This document shows, one piece after another, positions 58,412 to 64,000 of a stretch of 64,000 bases of DNA. The position numbers were made by a program, and so were the translations under genes. The stretch covers positions 1-64,000 of IMG/VR virus record IMGVR_UViG_3300037467_003067. One strand, given 5' to 3'. Below the pieces are notes generated by a model. That model saw only the letters and a program-made list of their open reading frames with translations. It was not told the DNA's origin and did no database searches. Numbering within the stretch: the stretch's first letter is position 1; each line of letters starts with the position of its first letter. This DNA is from a virus (lineage: Duplodnaviria > Caudoviricetes).

Positions 58412-58970
58412 CTACATATGCGAAGTGAAACGAGCATACGACCATTCCTCAGTCATGGCGAATCTGCCGGATGATCTCGCTGCCTCCGTCATCGGCTGGG
58501 GACAGGAAAATATCCCCGAAAATGATCTCTACAAAGACCCGAACGAAGCCGGTCTCGGAAGAGAGAATGAGCCGCACGTGACCGTTCTCTACGGTATCCA
58601 TGAAACCAATGTCAGAAAAGTAAAAACCTTGATCGAGAACGAAAAACCCTTCGAAATCCGGCTAGGGAATATAGGAATATTTTCACATAATGAAATATTT
58701 GACGTTGTCAAAATCAACGTCACAAGCAAGCAATTGAATGACCTCAATAAAGTCCTCAAGGACGAACTGAGCCATAAGAACTTGTACCCGATCTATTCGC
58801 CCCACGTCACGATCGCGTACGTCAAGAAAGGACGAGCCAAATCGCTGGAAGATGACAGTTTTTTCGCAGGTAAAAAGTTCCCCGTCAAGCAAGTCGTTTT
58901 TAGCAGTAAAAACGGCAGCAAGTGTCTGCTGACCCTTAAAGGCTTAGGAGCGGATAGCCATAAGACCTAA
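58386..58970 (+). CDS. 2H phosphoesterase, Acb1 (T4 57B)-like
   Basis: Two HxT motifs, PHVTVLYG and PHVTIAY; GGAGG RBS. Confidence 0.82.
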   Translation: MTFKRFMDNYICEVKRAYDHSSVMANLPDDLAASVIGWGQENIPENDLYKDPNEAGLGRENEPHVTVLYGIHETNVRKVKTLIENEKPFEIRLGNIGIFSHNEIFDVVKINVTSKQLNDLNKVLKDELSHKNLYPIYSPHVTIAYVKKGRAKSLEDDSFFAGKKFPVKQVVFSSKNGSKCLLTLKGLGADSHKT

Positions 58971-59537
58971 TTGTTTCATGTTGTACAACCAAACCTCGAA
59001 AGAATGTTGCGCCTCTTCGATCAGTACGGAATCCACGACATTGTCAAGACCAAGACTCTGAGGTGTACAAAAGATTACAGGATCGCGGAGTTGGAGGTAA
59101 TCCTGAATTAGGTCTCCCCCACGACCCGCCTCCAGATCGGAAAACGTCAACATGACCGAACGAGGTGACCGCCTGGCAATCGCATAAAGACGACGGAGCC
59201 TGAGCTTGTAATAGTTTACAGCGTGGCGAGGTTTGTAATTTTTAACCGAAATAATCTCATTTATAGTATCAATCGCATCTCTGATTACAAATATATAATG
59301 ACATTCTGGATAAATGGATATATCACCGATGCTGCTGTTGTGTAGCAGCTCATCCATGTAGATCGCTGAAGCATCATCTAGTTTATGAGATTGCGAGGTA
59401 AGTGTGACCAATGACAACCGATTCTCGTAGAGATTACTGGACCGAAACCCCTGGATCTTGGGATGATCATCCAAAGACCTGTAAAGCGAGTCGGAACCGG
59501 AACAAAGATGACTGAGAATAAAAAGCACTCGTTTCAT
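58944..59537 (-). CDS. Sulfotransferase-like protein
   Basis: FILSHLCSGSDSL..SLDDHP (PSB-loop-like), FVIRD. Confidence 0.6.
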   Translation of the reverse strand: MKRVLFILSHLCSGSDSLYRSLDDHPKIQGFRSSNLYENRLSLVTLTSQSHKLDDASAIYMDELLHNSSIGDISIYPECHYIFVIRDAIDTINEIISVKNYKPRHAVNYYKLRLRRLYAIARRSPRSVMLTFSDLEAGRGGDLIQDYLQLRDPVIFCTPQSLGLDNVVDSVLIEEAQHSFEVWLYNMKQLGLMAIRS

Positions 59538-59601
59538 GAGGAATGATTACACTTTCAGTAAATAAGATATACGACTATAAGAGTTGAAGTAAAGAGGATT
59601 T

Positions 59602-62600
59602 ATGCCTGGATATCCGTGGTGGGACCTATTTAAAGTTTATACAGCCGCTTTCGATACCGACCCCTTGTCGAAAAAGAATGACGAGAAGAACCTGTCGGGC
59701 GCTGGTGTCATCAATCCTAATGCCGTGGGCATGATGGATATCCGCGCCGACCAAGCCGGATCAGGGAGCAGCGACCTCGTCCGAATCGGTGCCTCAGGCA
59801 ACGAGATGGTCGACCTCACGTCGGTCGAAGATCGCCGCGCCCGCTACAAGGAATACGAGCGACTCCGAAACATCGCTGAAGTCGAAAACTGCATGACCGT
59901 TTTCGCCGACGAAGCCTGCGTTGCCGGTGACACCAAGGTCGCCACGCCATTCGGCTTTCCCACGATCCAATGGCTCGCAGAGAACCGTGCTAATGACCGC
60001 TTCCTCGTCTACTGCTGGGATTTCGAGAAGGAAGATTATAGCCTGGGATGGGCATTCGCCCCAAGGAAGACCGGTACCCGAGAAACTGTCCAGGTCACTC
60101 TCGACGACGGCAGTACCGTAACCTGTACCCCAGACCACAGGATTCTTCTGAAGAACCAGCAATGGACATTCGCAGGCGACCTCAAGTTCGGCGACCACTT
60201 GATGCCATTCTATAAGATTCCACCTAACCCCTATCTCTCGAAACTGAAGACTGGTCAATTCCCGAGAATCTTCACTTTCCACGATGGTTGGACCCATGAA
60301 CGATTCTTTGTCGATAAATGGAGAACCGGACAGGAATCCCCGCAGCAAGCCAAGGTCCAGAAGGCGATTCGGGCTCTTGCAGCCGGTCTCAGCACCAGAC
60401 AGACCGGAGAACTCGTTGGACACGAATGGAAGACCATCGAAGGTTGGCTCCACAAGAATGGCTTCGGCTCCAAGGAAATCAAGTGGCTCGGCAAGAAAGC
60501 CGACCATCGTCGGGTCGTCGATGTCTCAAGGCATAAGGAAATCGACGTCTATGACCTCTCCGTGGAAGAACACAAGTGCTTCGCTACGACCAACATCATC
60601 ATGCACAATTGCCAGAAAGATGATGATGGACACATATGCAAAGTCATAGTTGATGACTCTGATGTCAAGGACGAAGCTGAACATTTCCTCTACAAAATCG
60701 TCGATATCGACCGCAAGGCGTGGAATTGGTTCAAGAACGACATCATCGCAGGCGACGGCTTCTATGAAATGATCCCTTCACCCGAAGACCCGAAACAAGG
60801 AATATTAAAGGTCGAAAGATTGCCCCAAGAGACCATGTTCCGCATCGAGACCGTCAAAGGCAGAATCGTCGAGTTCCAGCAATCCAAAGAAGGACCAGAC
60901 CTCGAATGCCTGAAGGTAGATATTACGCAAGCTACTGATACAGATCTGATGTCGTCCAAGGCGATCAGATTCGCCCCAGACCAAATCGTCCACGTGAGAC
61001 ACGGCGAGGATCGATCCATGTTCCGACCCTATGGCGTCAGCCTGATCGAACCGGCTCGTGGTCCAGCACACCAGCTTCGCATGATGGAGGATGCAATGCT
61101 GGTTTATAGGCTGACTCGCGCCCCTGAGCGTAGGGTCTTCTACATCGACGTCGGAACCATTGCCGGTGCCAGAGCCGAAGCCTTCATGAAGCAAATCAAG
61201 GACCAATTCAAGAAACGTAAGACCACGGGACGAGGTCACGGAACCGGAGCCAATGCAGTCGAAGAACGATGGCACGCACCATCTGCCGACGAAGATTATT
61301 GGATTCCTATCCGACCAAATAGCAATACCAGGATCGACACTTTGCCAGGTGCCTGTCTTGCCCTAGATACCGAAATTCCTTTGCTTGATGGAAGAAATCT
61401 TCCATTGCTAAAAATTATTGAAGAATACAAGCAAGGAAAGAAGCTATGGACATACAGTATCAATCCTAAAACCGGACAGTCTGTACCAGGACCAATTACT
61501 TGGGCTGGAATTACGCGACGTAATACTGAAGCTGTCAGGATTCATTTCGATAACGGCAAGAGCGTTACATGTACTCCAGACCACAATTTCCCCGTCCAGG
61601 GTAAAGGTAAAACTCAAGCTAAGGACCTGAAGCCGGGCGATAGCATGTTCCCATTTAAGACCAGAATGGAAAATTTGAGTTCAGGGTGGAAATCAAAATA
61701 CACTCAAGTTTATGATTCTAAAGAACGTAATTGGGTATTCGTACACCGGATGGTCAAAGATAGCTTAAAGAAAACGGATTTTGACGATATTTTAGTTTTT
61801 AATGAAAAACATCAAAACGATCCAAAAAAAGTAATTCATCATGTTGATTACAATCGATTGAATAACAACCCAAATAATTTGGCGTGGATGAATTGGTACG
61901 ACCACATAGAACTCCACAGGACTAATCAACACGTGACTAATGACAACATTAGTAAGGCTTTGACTAAGTATCATGAAAATCTTTCCAATGAAGATAAGGC
62001 AAAAAGAGATAAGATACTTTCAAAGCGATCAAGAAAGGGAAGTAATTCTCTTTTAAGTAAACTAGAAGACCCAGAATATAATGAATGGTTTCGAAGTCAA
62101 CAATTGGAAGGATGGAAAACCGCAGCCATCTTGCGCCCTGAATTGCATAAAATGAGAGGCGAAAAGATTACGGCTAGAAATCTAGAGTTTTGGTCTAATC
62201 CAGAAAACAAAAAGAAGGTTTTCGCGAAACAAACGATTTCGTATCCAAAATCCATGTTTGATGAGTTCGTACGGCTTGTCAAAGAAGGTTTGCTTCTTGA
62301 AGAAATCTTACCACAAATTAATTCTAACCAGAATATTATTCAAGATTTCATTGATTGCAATTCGCATATCAAGAGGAATGTTGATTTCTCTAAAGGTATT
62401 AGTGATGACCATGCCAAGAAAATGGTCAAGGCTTATGGCTATAAAGGAATCAAGCACCTCCGAAAAGAAGCGAATCACTACAATCATAAAGTCGTAAAGA
62501 TTGAATTCCTTCAAGAAAAAGTAGATACAGGAACCTTGACCATTGATGGCAATCATGAAGTTCATGATTACCACACATTTGCCTTAAGTTGTTGTGGAGT

Positions 62601-63459
62601 ATATACTTATAACTCGAATCTCGGCGAAATCGACGACGCTCTTTATTTCCGCAACAAGCTCTACATCGCGTTGAACTTCCCCAAAAACTACTTTAATCAG
62701 GAAGACAGCGCCCAGACCCGGATCACCCTCTCGGCTCAGGACGTGAGGTTTGCGAGAAGCATCGAACGACTCCAGAGCGCCTTCGAATACGGACTCCAGG
62801 AGATGGTCACAAGACATCTTTATCTCATGGGTTTCCCCGAGGAAAGCTATGACGAACTGAAAGTCAGAATGACCCCGCCGTCCGACTGGCGTGAACTGAG
62901 TCGGGCCGAAGTCGATAGCAATCGCCTCAACAAGGCGACCACCCTCAAGAGTTCGCAGCTTTATTCGGATTTTGATATATACGTCAAAGTCTTCGACATG
63001 ACCGAAGACGAGGCGAGGGAGATCCAGTCACGAATGAAGGTTCAGAAGATGGACGACCTGAGAATTCAGATTATCGCCAACAATCCGCAAATCATGGGTG
63101 TCGGATTGCCAGGCGATGGAGAAACGGAACTCGGCACCGAGGCTGGAGGTCCCGCTCCCGACTTGATGCCCCCCGATGGTGGTGGAATGCCTCCGGGAGC
63201 TCCGCCGGGTCCAGGTGGATCGCCTATGGGACCGGGGGGAGGTCCACCCCAAGGCATGACGAAGTACATGTCGGCTGATGGAGGACCAGACCAGGCACAG
63301 GGGCAACAACAGCAATCGCAAGACCCCAATCAGGGACAGGAAAGTTCGCCCCCACCGTTGCCCGATGCGTCCGAAGACGATATAAGGAAGTATCACATGG
63401 GGATCGAGGACTACGCCTCCGAACAGGACGCCGAAGACATCGATTATAGCGAACTCTAA
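59602..63459 (+). CDS. Portal protein (T4 gp20-like) with two inteins
   Basis: QLRMMEDAMLVYRLTRAPERRVFYIDVG, EDYWIP, IDTLPGA-SNLGEIDD; about 634 aa after splicing. Confidence 0.95.
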   Translation: MPGYPWWDLFKVYTAAFDTDPLSKKNDEKNLSGAGVINPNAVGMMDIRADQAGSGSSDLVRIGASGNEMVDLTSVEDRRARYKEYERLRNIAEVENCMTVFADEACVAGDTKVATPFGFPTIQWLAENRANDRFLVYCWDFEKEDYSLGWAFAPRKTGTRETVQVTLDDGSTVTCTPDHRILLKNQQWTFAGDLKFGDHLMPFYKIPPNPYLSKLKTGQFPRIFTFHDGWTHERFFVDKWRTGQESPQQAKVQKAIRALAAGLSTRQTGELVGHEWKTIEGWLHKNGFGSKEIKWLGKKADHRRVVDVSRHKEIDVYDLSVEEHKCFATTNIIMHNCQKDDDGHICKVIVDDSDVKDEAEHFLYKIVDIDRKAWNWFKNDIIAGDGFYEMIPSPEDPKQGILKVERLPQETMFRIETVKGRIVEFQQSKEGPDLECLKVDITQATDTDLMSSKAIRFAPDQIVHVRHGEDRSMFRPYGVSLIEPARGPAHQLRMMEDAMLVYRLTRAPERRVFYIDVGTIAGARAEAFMKQIKDQFKKRKTTGRGHGTGANAVEERWHAPSADEDYWIPIRPNSNTRIDTLPGACLALDTEIPLLDGRNLPLLKIIEEYKQGKKLWTYSINPKTGQSVPGPITWAGITRRNTEAVRIHFDNGKSVTCTPDHNFPVQGKGKTQAKDLKPGDSMFPFKTRMENLSSGWKSKYTQVYDSKERNWVFVHRMVKDSLKKTDFDDILVFNEKHQNDPKKVIHHVDYNRLNNNPNNLAWMNWYDHIELHRTNQHVTNDNISKALTKYHENLSNEDKAKRDKILSKRSRKGSNSLLSKLEDPEYNEWFRSQQLEGWKTAAILRPELHKMRGEKITARNLEFWSNPENKKKVFAKQTISYPKSMFDEFVRLVKEGLLLEEILPQINSNQNIIQDFIDCNSHIKRNVDFSKGISDDHAKKMVKAYGYKGIKHLRKEANHYNHKVVKIEFLQEKVDTGTLTIDGNHEVHDYHTFALSCCGVYTYNSNLGEIDDALYFRNKLYIALNFPKNYFNQEDSAQTRITLSAQDVRFARSIERLQSAFEYGLQEMVTRHLYLMGFPEESYDELKVRMTPPSDWRELSRAEVDSNRLNKATTLKSSQLYSDFDIYVKVFDMTEDEAREIQSRMKVQKMDDLRIQIIANNPQIMGVGLPGDGETELGTEAGGPAPDLMPPDGGGMPPGAPPGPGGSPMGPGGGPPQGMTKYMSADGGPDQAQGQQQQSQDPNQGQESSPPPLPDASEDDIRKYHMGIEDYASEQDAEDIDYSEL
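59917..60609 (+). mobile_element. Portal intein 1 (231 aa; HTH retained, no intact HNH)
   Basis: CVAGDT...CTPDH...IMHN/C. Confidence 0.9.
61354..62613 (+). mobile_element. Portal intein 2 (420 aa) with HNH endonuclease
   Basis: CLALDT...CTPDH...IHHVDYNRLNN.PNNL...YTYN/S; AT-rich. Confidence 0.92.
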
Positions 63460-63480
63460 GAACAAGAAAGAGGACACAGA

Positions 63481-64000
63481 ATGAATTTTTCAGATTGGCT
63501 TCAAGTCGAAGAAAGACAACTTTATTTTGATTTCATGAAGATTCCTTCTGTGTCCTTGTTGGAGATCAAGCAGCGGAAGTTGTTCGGTCCCGTCTACCAC
63601 GGAACCAATGAAGAAAACCGCCAGAAGATCGGCGATACAGGATTTAACACCTATATCGGTGACGCCAGAACCGGTCCCGTTGCTAACGGTTATGTTCTTA
63701 CGAACTACGTGAATAACATCCCGCCACCAATTCATCATCTGGGGTTCGGCATCTACTTCACTACCAGCAAGACAAATGGGAAAAAGTATGCCCACAACAA
63801 ATCGACCGGATTGATCGAATGCTATATCGATGCCCCAAGACTCGAAACCATTAACTTCGGTGCCAAGAACACGATGATGAAATGGTGGATCGAGAATGGT
63901 TACGACATGAGACCGGTCAAGAATTTCTCTGACCCTCAAGTTGCAGCCGAACGCCTCGAAGCCACGATCAACATGACCAATGTACTGAAAAGCAAATACG
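63481..64000 (+). CDS. ADP-ribosyltransferase-like protein (truncated by the window end)
   Basis: Open to the end of the window; MNFSDWLQVEE...VYHGT...LGFGIYFT...KKYA (H-Y type ART motifs); AGAGGA RBS. Confidence 0.7.
   Translation, partial: MNFSDWLQVEERQLYFDFMKIPSVSLLEIKQRKLFGPVYHGTNEENRQKIGDTGFNTYIGDARTGPVANGYVLTNYVNNIPPPIHHLGFGIYFTTSKTNGKKYAHNKSTGLIECYIDAPRLETINFGAKNTMMKWWIENGYDMRPVKNFSDPQVAAERLEATINMTNVLKSKY

Noticed and set aside
63490-63939. 149-aa minus-strand ORF in the track
   Set aside because: Shadow of the plus-strand ART-like gene, which has an RBS and recognisable motifs
1-64000. Alternative genetic code (stop-codon reassignment)
   Set aside because: Conserved genes are full length under code 11 and coding density is high

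Overview
A 64-kb segment of a large (jumbo-type) contractile-tailed dsDNA phage with T4-superfamily morphogenesis genes, using genetic code 11. All family assignments come from recognising motifs by eye; no database search was run. Structural genes: tape measure, baseplate (gp48/54-, gp53-, gp27-, gp5-, gp25-, gp6- and gp7-like), a collagen-repeat fibre, three paralogous PKD-domain appendage proteins, DNA end protector, terminase large subunit and portal. Replication genes: primase and a Cas4/RecB-like nuclease. Accessory genes: ClpP, His-phosphatase, CAP protein, HAD RNA-repair phosphatase, CCA-adding enzyme, PurN, cyclic-phosphate receiver domain, a beta-1,2-glucan-active glycoamylase, an NDT-like protein, glycosyltransferases, a sulfotransferase, an actin-family ATPase, Sir2, OGFr-like, metalloprotease, CYTH, ferritin, 2H phosphoesterase and a truncated ADP-ribosyltransferase. 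Three related inteins interrupt virion genes (one in gp25, two in portal). The most interesting signals are: (1) a recurrent N-terminal F-x-[ED]-[WYF]...[LIV]-x-E peptide resembling the T4 capsid-targeting sequence on about 8 unrelated proteins, including the CCA enzyme, the 2H phosphoesterase and the ART, suggesting a virion-packaged counter-defence payload; (2) a volactin-like actin; (3) a tRNA 3'-end repair toolkit; (4) inteins in assembly proteins; (5) a TA(A/T)ATA late-promoter motif often positioned to give leaderless mRNA; (6) glycan-modifying enzymes embedded in the fibre locus. I saw no tRNA, rRNA or CRISPR array. Major capsid, sheath, tube and prohead protease are not recognisable in this window. 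The host cannot be determined from the sequence alone.
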